DNA from: Acidobacteriota bacterium
GTDB lineage: Bacteria; Actinomycetota; Acidimicrobiia; Acidimicrobiales; RAAP-2
Reading direction: 5' to 3'
DNA length: 64,000 nt
Assembly (NCBI GenBank): GCA_028873575.1
Contig: JAGWHY010000003.1
Span: 15,661-79,660, forward strand
The translations under genes were made by a program, and so were the position numbers. The notes under the pieces are model-generated. The model was given only the letters and a program-made list of their open reading frames with translations, had not been told where the DNA came from and ran no database searches. Positions 45,564 through 55,110 of this stretch are shown one piece after another (the first letter of the stretch is position 1; each line of letters opens with the position of its first letter).

Positions 45564-46679
45564 TTAGATGCCTAAGCGCTGAGCCAAGAGCTCACGGTGA
45601 TAGGCAGGGTCGCCCAAGAACAGCTCCGAGCTCTTCGCGCGCTTGAAGTAGAGGTGCGCGTGGTGCTCCCAGGTAAAGCCAATGCCGCCGTGAATCTGAA
45701 TGTTCTCGGCCGCGCAGTGGAAGTACGCCTCCGAGCAGAAGGACTTGGCGAGACTCGCCGCGATGGGCAACTCGTCATTGAGCTCCTGGGCGCAGTAGGC
45801 GGCGTAGTAGGCGGCGGACTTGGCCGACTCGACGTCGAGCAACATGTCGGCGCACTTGTGCTTGATCGCCTGAAACGAACCGATCGGTCGACCGAACTGC
45901 ACGCGCTCTTTGGCGTAGGCCACCGAGTTGTTTAAGACGCGCTGCGCGCCGCCGACCTGCTCGGCCGCGAGGGCCGCGGCGGCGAGTTGGAGCGTCGTCT
46001 CGAGTCCCGCGAGCGCGCCGCCCGCTTCGCCGATCAGCGTCGCGGGCGTGTTCGTCAAGACCAGTCGACTCTGCTTACGGGTCTGGTCCATCGTGGGCAG
46101 ACGATCACGGCTCAACCCGTCGGCGTCGCCCTGCACGGCGAAAAGCGACAGCCCCGCCGGCGTCATCGCCGGGACCAAGATCAACGACGCCAGTGCGCCG
46201 TCGGTCACGAAGCTGCGCACGCCCGAAATCGTCCACGCGCCGTTGACCTGCGACGCCGTCGTCGAGGTCGTCGACAGATCCCACTGACCGGCGTCGTCGG
46301 TCAACGCGAGCGTCGCGATCGTCTCACCCGAGGCAATGTCGGGGAGGTACGTGGCGCGGTTCTCCTCGGTGCCGACGTGAAGCAGCGCGTTCGCGGCGAG
46401 GGCAACGCTCGAGAAGTACGGCGAGCACAACAGCGCCGCGCCCATCTCTTCGAAGACGACGTAGAGCTCGACTGGGCCGAAGCCCTGCCCCCCGTAGGTC
46501 TCGGGAATGCCGAGGCCCTGGAGCGCGAGTTCCTTGGCCATCTGCTCCCAGACCGCCGGGTCGTAGCCGTCCTCGGTCGCCATGAGTCGGCGCACTTCGG
46601 TCTCGGGCGACTTCTCTTCTAAGAAGCGTCGCACCATCTTGCGAAGCTCTTCTTGCTCCTCGCTAAAGCCAAAGTTCAT
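45564..46679 (-). CDS. Acyl-CoA dehydrogenase
   Basis: ATG at 46679 (MNFGFSEEQEELRKMVRRFLEE). RPIGSFQAIKHKCADM and a C-terminal IHGGIGFTWEH. Confidence 0.85.
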   Translation of the reverse strand: MNFGFSEEQEELRKMVRRFLEEKSPETEVRRLMATEDGYDPAVWEQMAKELALQGLGIPETYGGQGFGPVELYVVFEEMGAALLCSPYFSSVALAANALLHVGTEENRATYLPDIASGETIATLALTDDAGQWDLSTTSTTASQVNGAWTISGVRSFVTDGALASLILVPAMTPAGLSLFAVQGDADGLSRDRLPTMDQTRKQSRLVLTNTPATLIGEAGGALAGLETTLQLAAAALAAEQVGGAQRVLNNSVAYAKERVQFGRPIGSFQAIKHKCADMLLDVESAKSAAYYAAYCAQELNDELPIAASLAKSFCSEAYFHCAAENIQIHGGIGFTWEHHAHLYFKRAKSSELFLGDPAYHRELLAQRLGI

Positions 46680-46764
46680 TATTCGACCTCTCCTACCGCT
46701 CAGTACGACGCCCCCCGAGATTAGCCAACGTGACCGCGGGGCCAATCCGTGCCAGGCTAAGCGG

Positions 46765-47382
46765 GTGGACAACGTAGAACTGGTCTGGTCCGACGCCCTC
46801 GCCGAAGTGCACCGCTTCGTCGTGGGGCCGATTGCCAACAACGTGTACGTGGTGCGCTGTAAGCGCACCGGCGAAGCGGCGCTACTCGACGCCGCGAATG
46901 AACACGAACGACTCCTCGAGGTGGCGCGCGCCCTCGGCGTGACCTCCGTACTCGAGACGCACGGCCACTGGGATCACATCGGGGCGGTCGAGCAGGTGCG
47001 CGACGCTGGCATCGACGTGTGGGTCCGCGCCGAAGACGCCCACTTACTCCCGAGTTACGACCACCTGCTCGACGACGACGCCGTCCACCAGGTGGGCGAA
47101 CTACGCCTGCGCACCATTCACACCCCTGGCCACACGCCCGGCAGCATCTGTTTCGCGCTCGAGAACACGCCCGTCATCTTTAGTGGCGACACGCTCTTTC
47201 CGGGCGGACCGGGCAACGCGACCTTCGAGGGCGGCGACTTCGCGACAATCATCACCTCAATCGAAGAGCGACTCTTTCGCGTCTTTGACGCCGACACGGT
47301 CTTTTGGCCCGGCCACGGGGCACCTTCAACCATCGGCGCCGAACGTCCGCACCTCGACGAGTGGGTCGCGCGCGGCTGGTAG
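46765..47382 (+). CDS. MBL-fold metallo-hydrolase (glyoxalase II-like)
   Basis: ETHGHWDHIG (HxHxDH), HTPGHTPGS and GDTLFPGGPG. The start is uncertain (GTG 46765 or GTG 46807). Confidence 0.75.
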   Translation: MDNVELVWSDALAEVHRFVVGPIANNVYVVRCKRTGEAALLDAANEHERLLEVARALGVTSVLETHGHWDHIGAVEQVRDAGIDVWVRAEDAHLLPSYDHLLDDDAVHQVGELRLRTIHTPGHTPGSICFALENTPVIFSGDTLFPGGPGNATFEGGDFATIITSIEERLFRVFDADTVFWPGHGAPSTIGAERPHLDEWVARGW

Positions 47383-47528
47383 CTCGCTCGTCACGTTCCT
47401 CGTCCGTACTGATTAACGAGGAGGCCCCGTAGACTGTTCGGTTCTCGCGGACGGTTGAAAGGTGCTTCTGTGGCGCGCACGCGCGGCGAACGCTGCCTAA
47501 CTCTCGCCTCCCACACGCTGACGCCGCG

Positions 47529-48938
47529 GTGCTTGACGTGGCGCGCGTAAGCCTTCGCGAGCGCCGCGCCGCTCGCCAACGTCGCAGCCCCGGCTTCGAC
47601 CGCCGACTCGTCGCGCCACTCGTGTTGGGCGCGACGCTCAACCCCATCAACTCCTCGATGATCGCCGTCGCGCTGGTGCCCATCGGACTGGCCCTACACG
47701 TCTCCGCGGCGTCGACCGCGTGGCTCGTGTCGGGTCTCTACCTCGCGACGGCCGTGGGTCAGCCAATCGTTGGGCGCCTGGTCGATGAGTTCGGCGCTCG
47801 ACCCGTCTACCTCAGCGCCACCACCCTCGTGGGCGCGGCGGGTCTCCTCGGCGCGCTCGCGCCCAACCTCAACGTGCTCATCGTGGCGCGGGTGCTCTTG
47901 GGCGTGGGCACCTGCGCCGGCTACCCGGCGGCGATGCACCTTATTCGCCGCGAGGCACAACGCACCGGGCTGCAAAGCCCGAGCGCGATCCTCGCCACCT
48001 TGGCCGTGTCGGCCCAGACGGTGCTCGTGATCGGTCCCACCATCGGCGGACTCGCGATTGGACTGTTCAACTGGCGCGCGATCTTCGCGCTCAACGTACC
48101 GCTGTCGATACTGTGCGTAGGACTGGGCGCGGCGCGGCTGCCGGCGACGCGACGCGAGGACCGCGTGGCGAGCGACCTCGACGTGACGGGCATGGTGCTC
48201 TTTGGACTCACGCTGAGCGCCCTCATGTACTTCTTGATGCGACCGAGCCTGGCGCACGCGCCCATTTTGGTGCTCACCGTCCTCGCGGGCGCTCTCTTCG
48301 CGCGCCGCGAGACGCGCCGGGAAGAGCCCTTTATTGACCTCAAACCTTTGGGCGCCAACCCGGCCCTACTCGCGACGTACCTGCGCCAACTCACCGTCTC
48401 GATCATCTCCTACTCCTTTCTCTACGGCTTCAGCCAATGGATGGAGGCCGGCCGAGGCCTCAACGCGTCGGTGACCGGACTCGTCTTGTTGCCGATGTTC
48501 TTGATCGCCATCGTCGTCACGGCCGCGACCGGTCGACGTCCCGAGGTCCGCGCCAAACTGCTCACCGGCGGTGTGGTGCAGATCGTGGGGACGCTCGCGC
48601 TGGTTTTCGTGGGTACCCGAGTCAGCGTGGTCACCCTGGTCGGAATCTGCGCGATCATTGGCGTCCCGCAGGGCCTCAACAGTTTGGCCAATCAAAACGC
48701 GCTCTACCACCAAGCCAGTGCCGATCGCGTCGCCTCCTCGGCCGGACTCCTTCGAACCTTTACCTACCTCGGCGCGATTCTCGCGGCCGCGATCAACGCG
48801 TGGTGCTTCGGTCGCCACGCCTCGACCCAGGGGCTCCACGACCTCGGCGCGGTGCTCGTCACGCTGTCCGTCTTCCAAACGATCGTCACGGTGCTCGATC
48901 GCCGCCTGAGTGAGGTCGGTCGCGTCGTCGCGACGTAA
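47529..48938 (+). CDS. MFS transporter (drug:H+ antiporter-like)
   Basis: 469 aa with many TM segments. Motif A-like GRLVDEFGARP and a DHA-type organisation. Confidence 0.75.
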   Translation: MLDVARVSLRERRAARQRRSPGFDRRLVAPLVLGATLNPINSSMIAVALVPIGLALHVSAASTAWLVSGLYLATAVGQPIVGRLVDEFGARPVYLSATTLVGAAGLLGALAPNLNVLIVARVLLGVGTCAGYPAAMHLIRREAQRTGLQSPSAILATLAVSAQTVLVIGPTIGGLAIGLFNWRAIFALNVPLSILCVGLGAARLPATRREDRVASDLDVTGMVLFGLTLSALMYFLMRPSLAHAPILVLTVLAGALFARRETRREEPFIDLKPLGANPALLATYLRQLTVSIISYSFLYGFSQWMEAGRGLNASVTGLVLLPMFLIAIVVTAATGRRPEVRAKLLTGGVVQIVGTLALVFVGTRVSVVTLVGICAIIGVPQGLNSLANQNALYHQASADRVASSAGLLRTFTYLGAILAAAINAWCFGRHASTQGLHDLGAVLVTLSVFQTIVTVLDRRLSEVGRVVAT

Positions 48939-48941
48939 GAA

Positions 48942-48960
48942 GGGCCGCGACCGCGGGCCC
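48942..48960. terminator. GC-rich bulged hairpin between convergent genes
   Basis: gggccgc-gacc-gcgggccc (7 bp with one bulge) lies in the 26-bp gap between the MFS gene and the DapB-like gene. Confidence 0.3.
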
Positions 48961-48964
48961 ACGC

Positions 48965-49942
48965 CTACGGAGCGACCACCTCAGAGATTTCGTCGATGGT
49001 GCTCAAATCGCGCCACGAAGCACGTGGCGCGTCACTCGACGTCGACACTGCGCTGATCGCCTCGAGATTCCACGTCGGCGCCTCAGATCTTGGCGAGCGT
49101 CGCTCGAGCCGTTGCGCGAGCGCGCGCAGTCGTCGCGCGCCACGACGACGCCACCCACGCACGACACGCACCTCTGGCGAAATCAGCGGCACGTCTAGGG
49201 CGAAATAGGGAATCAGCAGATCTTCGAGACGGTACAGACCCGCGGGGCGTTCGACGAGGTGTCGCGCCGCGAAGACGGCGCCACCGCCAAAGGCCTCGCG
49301 CGAGATGGCCTCGTGACGCAGACGTACCGTCTGGGACGGAAAGCCGAAGAGCACTTCGTGCACGCCAATAATCCCGCCGGCGCGAATCGAGTGGACCTGC
49401 TCGGGCGCGAGTCCGAGCGTTTCAGCAAGACGCGTCGCTGTCCCGGAGACGCCCGACTTCTCACGAAAGTGCTCTTCGACGACGTGGACGTCGAGCTCGG
49501 GCGCGATGCGCTGGAGCGTCTGCGCCGCGAGCATCACGAAATTCACGCCGAGGGTGATGTTGGGCGACCAGAGAACCCGGGTGCGTTGCCCGAGGTCGCG
49601 GAGTCGACGCTGCGCAGCGTCAGAGTAGTGCGACACGGCAGTCACGATGGCTACGCCGCGCTCGGCGGCCGCGTCGGCGTAGAGGTCGAGGCCGCTCTCG
49701 GAGGAGAAATCGATCACGACGTCGACGGGCTGCGCGTCGAGCAACGTCGCGGCGCTGGTCGTCTCGCGCGAGAAGATCAGCGCCGACGCGTCGGCCTCCT
49801 CGCCCAGAATTTCGGCGACGGAACGACCCTCGAGACGACGACTACGACGAAGAATCCAGGACAGGGAACACGCGTCGTCGCGTAAGAGCACCGTCGCGAC
49901 GCTGCGTCCCGTTCGGCCAAAGCCAATAAGTCCTACGCGCAT
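48965..49942 (-). CDS. DapB-like (4-hydroxy-tetrahydrodipicolinate reductase family) oxidoreductase paralog with C-terminal extension
   Basis: The ATG at 49942 is preceded by an AGGTGG RBS. MRVGLIGFGRTGRS Rossmann motif, SPNITLGVN, and EEHFREKSGVSGTA in place of the canonical E-x-HH-xx-K-x-DAPSGTA. About 80 extra C-terminal residues. Confidence 0.55.
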   Translation of the reverse strand: MRVGLIGFGRTGRSVATVLLRDDACSLSWILRRSRRLEGRSVAEILGEEADASALIFSRETTSAATLLDAQPVDVVIDFSSESGLDLYADAAAERGVAIVTAVSHYSDAAQRRLRDLGQRTRVLWSPNITLGVNFVMLAAQTLQRIAPELDVHVVEEHFREKSGVSGTATRLAETLGLAPEQVHSIRAGGIIGVHEVLFGFPSQTVRLRHEAISREAFGGGAVFAARHLVERPAGLYRLEDLLIPYFALDVPLISPEVRVVRGWRRRGARRLRALAQRLERRSPRSEAPTWNLEAISAVSTSSDAPRASWRDLSTIDEISEVVAP

Positions 49943-50202
49943 GAGACCACCTTTCTCGAGAGCGCGAGTGACGACGTCGACGCCGCGCGACACGCCGCCG
50001 AGCTCACCTCTCGCGGGATGGGGTTAGCCAGTGGTGAACCTAGTCAGCCCCAACGCGTTCGTGGCTTAGAGCCAGCTGAGAGTTACCAATCACCCCGTGC
50101 CCCAAGGGTTCGGCGCGGCGAGAATTTCGCTGACGCGCCGTCAAATTCAACCAGTGGCGAAGGCGTCGTAAAACGCCGAGGGTGAATTTCTCACTCGCCA
50201 GT

Positions 50203-50973
50203 ATGATTAACTCCGTGTCCGCACCCGTTCTCGAACTACAGAATTTGCACGTCAGCGCGGAGGGTAGCCCTATTTTGCGCGGCGTCAATCTCGTGGTCGG
50301 CGAGGGTGAGGTCCACGCCCTCATGGGCCCGAACGGCGCCGGCAAGTCCACTCTGGCCAACGTGGTGATGGGTCACCCCGGCTACGTGGTCACCGAGGGC
50401 ACCATTCTCTACCGTGGCCAGGACGTCGCCTCCTGGTCGCCGGACGAACGCGCGCGCCAGGGCATCTTTCTCGCCTTCCAGTACCCCGAATCCATTAGTG
50501 GCGTCTCGGTGATCCAATTTCTTCGCCAGGCCATCGCCGCGCGCAAGGGCTTAGACGAGCTGAGTGTCCTCGAAGTTCGTCTCGACCTCGCCGAGTGGAT
50601 GGACCGCCTGGGCATGGACGCGGCCTTCGCCGAACGCCACCTGAACGAGGGCTTCTCGGGCGGTGAGCGCAAGCGCAACGAGGTTCTCCAGATGGCGTTG
50701 CTCGAGCCCGCCCTGGCGCTGCTCGACGAGACCGACTCGGGACTCGACATCGACGCACTTCGCGTGGTCGCCAACGGCGTGCGCACCGTGCGCGCCGAGT
50801 TGCCCGCCATGGGAGTGCTCGTCGTGACCCACTACGTCAAACTTCTCGAAGAGATCGCGCCCGACCAGGTGCACGTGCTCATTGACGGGCGCGTCGTGAC
50901 CTCCGGGGGCCCGGAAATTGCCGAGCGGATTGAGCGCGAAGGCTACGACGCGCTTCGCCCGGCCCTCGCGTGA
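50203..50973 (+). CDS. sufC: Fe-S cluster assembly ATPase SufC (copy adjacent to sufS-sufU)
   Basis: LELQNLHVSAEG..ILRGVNL, Walker A GPNGAGKST, GIFLAFQYP, FSGGERKRNEVLQM, LLDETDSGLDIDAL. The start is uncertain (50182, 50203 or 50215). Confidence 0.85.
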   Translation: MINSVSAPVLELQNLHVSAEGSPILRGVNLVVGEGEVHALMGPNGAGKSTLANVVMGHPGYVVTEGTILYRGQDVASWSPDERARQGIFLAFQYPESISGVSVIQFLRQAIAARKGLDELSVLEVRLDLAEWMDRLGMDAAFAERHLNEGFSGGERKRNEVLQMALLEPALALLDETDSGLDIDALRVVANGVRTVRAELPAMGVLVVTHYVKLLEEIAPDQVHVLIDGRVVTSGGPEIAERIEREGYDALRPALA

Positions 50974-52205
50974 GTAACTTCTCCGCCCAGCGGGTACGCG
51001 CCGAGACGCCCGAGTTCTTGCGCGTCATTAACGACCACCCGCTGACCTACCTCGATTCGGCCGCGAGTTCGCTACCCCCGCGCGCGGTGATCGAGGCCAT
51101 GAGTCGCTACTACGAACTTCGTCACGCCAACGTGCACCGCGGCGTGTACCAGACCGCTAACGAGGCGACCGACGCGTACGAGGGCGCGCGCGCGACGATC
51201 GCGCGCTTCATCAACGCGCCGGGCGGCGCCGACGAGATCGTCTTCACCAAAAACGCGACCGAGTCGTTCAACCTGCTCGCGAAGTCGTGGGGTCTCGCGA
51301 ACCTCGGGCGCGGCGACGTCGTACTGATCAGTGAGATGGAGCACCACGCCAACATCGTGCCGTGGTTCCAGCTGCGCGAGGTCACCGGCGTCGAGGTGCG
51401 CTTTTTGAAGGTCACCGACGACTACCGTCTCGATCTCTCCACGCTCGACGAAGACCTGGCCGGCGTCAAACTTCTTTCGATCACCGGCATGTCGAACGTG
51501 CTTGGCACGATCAATCCGGTGCGCGAACTCGCCGACGCGGCCCATCGTCACGGCGCGCTCGTCGCGATGGACGCGGCGCAGTCGGTGGCCCACGCCGGGC
51601 TCGACGTGACCGCGCTCGACGTCGACTTCGCCGCCTTCTCCGGCCACAAGATGCTTGGCCCCACCGGCATCGGCGTCTTTTGGACGCGTCAGGAGATCTT
51701 GGCCGCGATGCCGCCCTTCCTCGGCGGCGGCGGGATGATCGCCGACGTGCGCACCGACGGCTATCGACCGGCGACGGGCCCGTCAAAGTTCGAAGCGGGT
51801 ACGCCCCCGATCGCCGAAGCGGTCGGCCTGGGCACCGCGGCGCGCTACCTCGAAAGCCTCGGCCTCGACCACGTCGTCGCGCACGAAACGGCCCTCACCG
51901 CCGACGCGCTCACCCGCCTCGCGCACCATTTCGCCGGACGCGTGCACGTGATCGGCCCGGCCACCACGCAGGCGCGTGGCGGCGTGATCAGCCTCGACGT
52001 GGAGGGCGTGCACGCCCACGACGTCGCGCAGGTCCTCGACGAGTTCGGGGTCTGCGTGCGACCGGGTCACCACTGCGCCAAGCCCCTCATGCGTCGCTTC
52101 GGACTGGCCGCGACGGCGCGCGCCTCGTTTGGTCCCTACTCACTCACCGCCGACACCGACGTCCTCATCGAGGCGCTCGAGCACGCGGTCAAACTCTTTG
52201 GATAG
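50970..52205 (+). CDS. sufS: Cysteine desulfurase SufS
   Basis: HRGVY, HHANIVPW, FSGHKMLGPTGIGV (PLP lysine), RPGHHCAKPL (catalytic Cys). GTGA overlap with sufC. Confidence 0.9.
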   Translation: MSNFSAQRVRAETPEFLRVINDHPLTYLDSAASSLPPRAVIEAMSRYYELRHANVHRGVYQTANEATDAYEGARATIARFINAPGGADEIVFTKNATESFNLLAKSWGLANLGRGDVVLISEMEHHANIVPWFQLREVTGVEVRFLKVTDDYRLDLSTLDEDLAGVKLLSITGMSNVLGTINPVRELADAAHRHGALVAMDAAQSVAHAGLDVTALDVDFAAFSGHKMLGPTGIGVFWTRQEILAAMPPFLGGGGMIADVRTDGYRPATGPSKFEAGTPPIAEAVGLGTAARYLESLGLDHVVAHETALTADALTRLAHHFAGRVHVIGPATTQARGGVISLDVEGVHAHDVAQVLDEFGVCVRPGHHCAKPLMRRFGLAATARASFGPYSLTADTDVLIEALEHAVKLFG

Positions 52206-52207
52206 CC

Positions 52208-52675
52208 GTGTCGAATCTCGATGACCTGTACCGCGAAATTATTCTCGATCACTACCGCTCGCCGCGTAACCGCGGTCAGTTAGCGACCCCGCCGGCCCAC
52301 CGCGTCGAAGGCTTCAACCCGCTTTGTGGCGACGAGATCACGATCGACCTCCTCGTCGACGACGGCGTCCTCGTCGACCTCAAACTGTCCGGTCAGGGCT
52401 GTTCGATCTCGCAGGCCTCGTCGTCGTTGATGAGCGTCGCGGTCAAGGGAAAGTCGCGCGACGACGTGCGCCACGCCATTGCCTCGTTCAAGGAGATGAT
52501 GCTGCGCCACGAGTCGGCGTTGAGTGACGACGAGTCGAAGAATCAAGTCGCGCGACTGCGCGAACTCGGCGAGATCGCCGCGCTACAGGGCGTCGTGAAG
52601 TTTCCCGTGCGCATCAAGTGCGCCACGCTGGCCTGGAACACGTTGGCCCAAGGGCTCGACGAACTCGCCCTCTAG
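52208..52675 (+). CDS. sufU: SUF-type Fe-S scaffold/sulfur acceptor SufU
   Basis: GTG at 52208, 3' part of the listed ORF 51362..52675. LYREIILDHYRSPRN, NPLCGDEI, GQGCSISQAS, KCATLAW. Confidence 0.85.
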   Translation: MSNLDDLYREIILDHYRSPRNRGQLATPPAHRVEGFNPLCGDEITIDLLVDDGVLVDLKLSGQGCSISQASSSLMSVAVKGKSRDDVRHAIASFKEMMLRHESALSDDESKNQVARLRELGEIAALQGVVKFPVRIKCATLAWNTLAQGLDELAL

Positions 52676-54036
52676 GGCGTACACGGGACGGGGTCAAACG
52701 ACGGCACCGCGGCCGTGGGGTTGGTCGTCGTCGTGACGGGCGTACCCGTGTGATGCTTCGTGGTGGTATGGACCGTCGTGGTCGTGGTCGTGGTCGTAAT
52801 CACCGGCGGCGGTGGCGTGGCGCCCGAGGCGTTGGGCGGTGGGTTCGTCGGCGACATCAACTCCGAGCCAAAGATGTTCACTAAGAGCTGTTGGGCGGCC
52901 GGCTGGTCGACGTAGAGAACGTCGCCGTCGACCGGACTCACCCCAGAGACGGTGGGCAGCGTGTAGGTCGCGATCGAGTTCGCGTTGAGCGAGTGAAAGC
53001 GCACCGCGAGACCGATGAGCTCGTTCAACGAGAACTTCTGGTCCAGGGTGATGCCTTGAGGAATATTGGAGAGCAGACTGTTCAGGGTCAGTGGGTTGTA
53101 AATACCCTTCACGCGATTGAGCATCGCGCGCAAGAACGCGTTCTGGCGATCGATGCGACCAAAGTCACTCGTGCCGTCGTAGACCCAGCCGTCCGCCGCC
53201 AGCGTCGCGTACGACGCGTTATCCCCCGGCCACCGGCCATTGCCGTGCACGTCGTAGTAGAAGTGCCGACTTCTGGTGACCGCCAGGGCTTCGAAGCCCT
53301 TGATCAACTGACAGCCCGCGTGGGGAATGCGCAGTCCCGAGTACGGGTCGGCCGAGGGGTAGGGGAAGTCGAGGTAGACCCCGCCGATGGCGTCGGCCAC
53401 GTTGATCATGCCGGCGAAACTCACGACGACCGTGTCGTGAATCGGGATGCCAAAGTTGGCCTCGATGGTCTGGACGAGCAGACCCGGACCGTTGCCAAAG
53501 TTCACGTTGATGCGATTGGTGTTGCCGTAGAGCGACTGATTGGCGAGCAGTGACACCATCGTGTCGCGCGGAATCGAGATGACCGAAATCTTGTTCTGTT
53601 GCGGGTCGACGTGGACAATTTTCACGACGTCACTGCGCTGACCCGCGACGGACCCCGAACTCGCCCCGGTCTGCGCCGCGACCGCGCCCGTTAGGCCGGC
53701 GCGCGAGTCCGAGCCGATGACCAAGATATTGAACGGCGCGCCGGAGATGGGTTGGGCCGCTTCATTGCCGACCGAGATTTTGGTGATGTTGTTGAAGCGG
53801 TAGGCGGCGTAGAGGTAACCACCGCCGAGGAGCGCCACTAACAACACGACCACCGCGACGCCCGCGATGATCCACTTACGCCCGCGTCCGCCACGGCGCC
53901 GCGGCCGGGGCTTCACTCCTTGACGGCGGTCGACCGCTTCGCCGAGGGCGACGAGTCGCTGTTCATTCGCCAGTCGCCGCCGGGCCTGTCCGGCGCTTTC
54001 GCGACGGCCTCTACCGTCGTTACGTCCGTCAGCCAT
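52672..54036 (-). CDS. LytR-CpsA-Psr (LCP) family cell-wall glycopolymer ligase
   Basis: Basic N-terminus, one TM segment, NILVIGSDSRAG, RSDVVKIVHVDP, SIPRDT, and a Thr/Pro-rich C-terminal tail. Confidence 0.85.
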   Translation of the reverse strand: MADGRNDGRGRRESAGQARRRLANEQRLVALGEAVDRRQGVKPRPRRRGGRGRKWIIAGVAVVVLLVALLGGGYLYAAYRFNNITKISVGNEAAQPISGAPFNILVIGSDSRAGLTGAVAAQTGASSGSVAGQRSDVVKIVHVDPQQNKISVISIPRDTMVSLLANQSLYGNTNRINVNFGNGPGLLVQTIEANFGIPIHDTVVVSFAGMINVADAIGGVYLDFPYPSADPYSGLRIPHAGCQLIKGFEALAVTRSRHFYYDVHGNGRWPGDNASYATLAADGWVYDGTSDFGRIDRQNAFLRAMLNRVKGIYNPLTLNSLLSNIPQGITLDQKFSLNELIGLAVRFHSLNANSIATYTLPTVSGVSPVDGDVLYVDQPAAQQLLVNIFGSELMSPTNPPPNASGATPPPPVITTTTTTTTVHTTTKHHTGTPVTTTTNPTAAVPSFDPVPCTP

Positions 54037-54079
54037 TGAACAATCCTACCGGTGAGGTCGCGTCCGACGGGTGACGGGG

Positions 54080-54802
54080 CTAGTGGGCCACACGAAAGGG
54101 CTCGTAACCACTTCGTTCAAGTTCTTCGGCCAGTTCGGGTCCTCCGGTGGCGACGACGCGGCCCTCACTCACCACGTGAATCACGTCGGCCGCGAGCTCC
54201 ACGAGCAGCCGGCGAAAGTGGGTGATCGCCAGTACGCCACAGTTCCACTCGCTCGTCGCCGCACTCAAGCGTCGCGCGACCGCCCCGAGCGCGTCGACGT
54301 CGAGTCCCGAGTCAATCTCGTCGAGCACCGCGAACTTCGGTCGAAGAACTCCGAGCTGCACCATCTCGGCGCGCTTGCGTTCGCCACCAGAAAGATCGAC
54401 GTTCACGAATCGCTCGAGCACCTTCGCGGAGAGGCCCACGCGGTCGGCCTCTTCGTTCATGCGCGTCGCGACCTCGTCGCGATCGGCGCCCGCCGCGATC
54501 AAGAGATCGACGGGCCGCACGCCCGGGATTTCGAAAGGCTGTTGCAACGCGAGCAGCAGCCCGCGACGGGCCCGCTCGGTGGCGCTCAGGGTGAGGAGCT
54601 CTTCGCCGTCGAGGCGCACCGATCCTTCGGTGACGCGGTAGCCCGGGTGCGCGCTCAACGCGTGGGCCAAGGTGGACTTTCCCGAACCGTTCGGGCCCAT
54701 GATCGCGTGCACTTCGCCCCCGCGCATGGCGAGGTTAAAACCTCGCAGCACTTCCTTGTCGCCTACCGAAACGTGCAGGTTTTCAATAACTAGTTCACTC
54801 AT
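54080..54802 (-). CDS. sufC: SufC paralog (copy in the sufD-Rieske-sufC block)
   Basis: LVIENLHVSVGDKEVLRGFNL, GPNGSGKST, LLLALQQP, LSGGERKRAEMVQL, VLDEIDSGLDVDAL. More divergent from the canonical SufC motifs than the other copy. Confidence 0.8.
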   Translation of the reverse strand: MSELVIENLHVSVGDKEVLRGFNLAMRGGEVHAIMGPNGSGKSTLAHALSAHPGYRVTEGSVRLDGEELLTLSATERARRGLLLALQQPFEIPGVRPVDLLIAAGADRDEVATRMNEEADRVGLSAKVLERFVNVDLSGGERKRAEMVQLGVLRPKFAVLDEIDSGLDVDALGAVARRLSAATSEWNCGVLAITHFRRLLVELAADVIHVVSEGRVVATGGPELAEELERSGYEPFRVAH

Positions 54803-55110
54803 CAGATCTCTACTTCCACCCGACCGTCGCGCACGACGGCGTTAAAGCGCGCGACCGGCTTCGTCGCCGGAAAACTCATGGGCGCGCCGTCACGCAGCGA
54901 AAACATCGCGCCGTGGCGCGCGCATTCGATCTCTTCCGTGTCGAGGTCCACCACCCCTTCCGCGAGCGGGAAATCTTCGTGACTACAGCGATTCTCCAAG
55001 ACGAAGACCTCGTCGCCGACGCGCACGCCCACGAGATTCCTCTCGGCCACCTGAAGTGGGCGGGGCTGACCAAGCGCAAACTCCTCGAGCGCGCCAACGT
55101 CGACGATCAC
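54802..55110 (-). CDS. Rieske-type [2Fe-2S] ferredoxin
   Basis: 102 aa with CSHEDFPL (CxH) and CARHGAMF (CxxH). Start and stop overlap sufD and sufC respectively. Confidence 0.8.
   Translation of the reverse strand: MIVDVGALEEFALGQPRPLQVAERNLVGVRVGDEVFVLENRCSHEDFPLAEGVVDLDTEEIECARHGAMFSLRDGAPMSFPATKPVARFNAVVRDGRVEVEI

Noticed and set aside
50076-50082. A CTGAGAG string upstream of sufC, as a possible TPP-riboswitch core.
   Set aside because: The rest of the THI-box consensus is missing, and the downstream genes are SUF genes, not thiamine genes.
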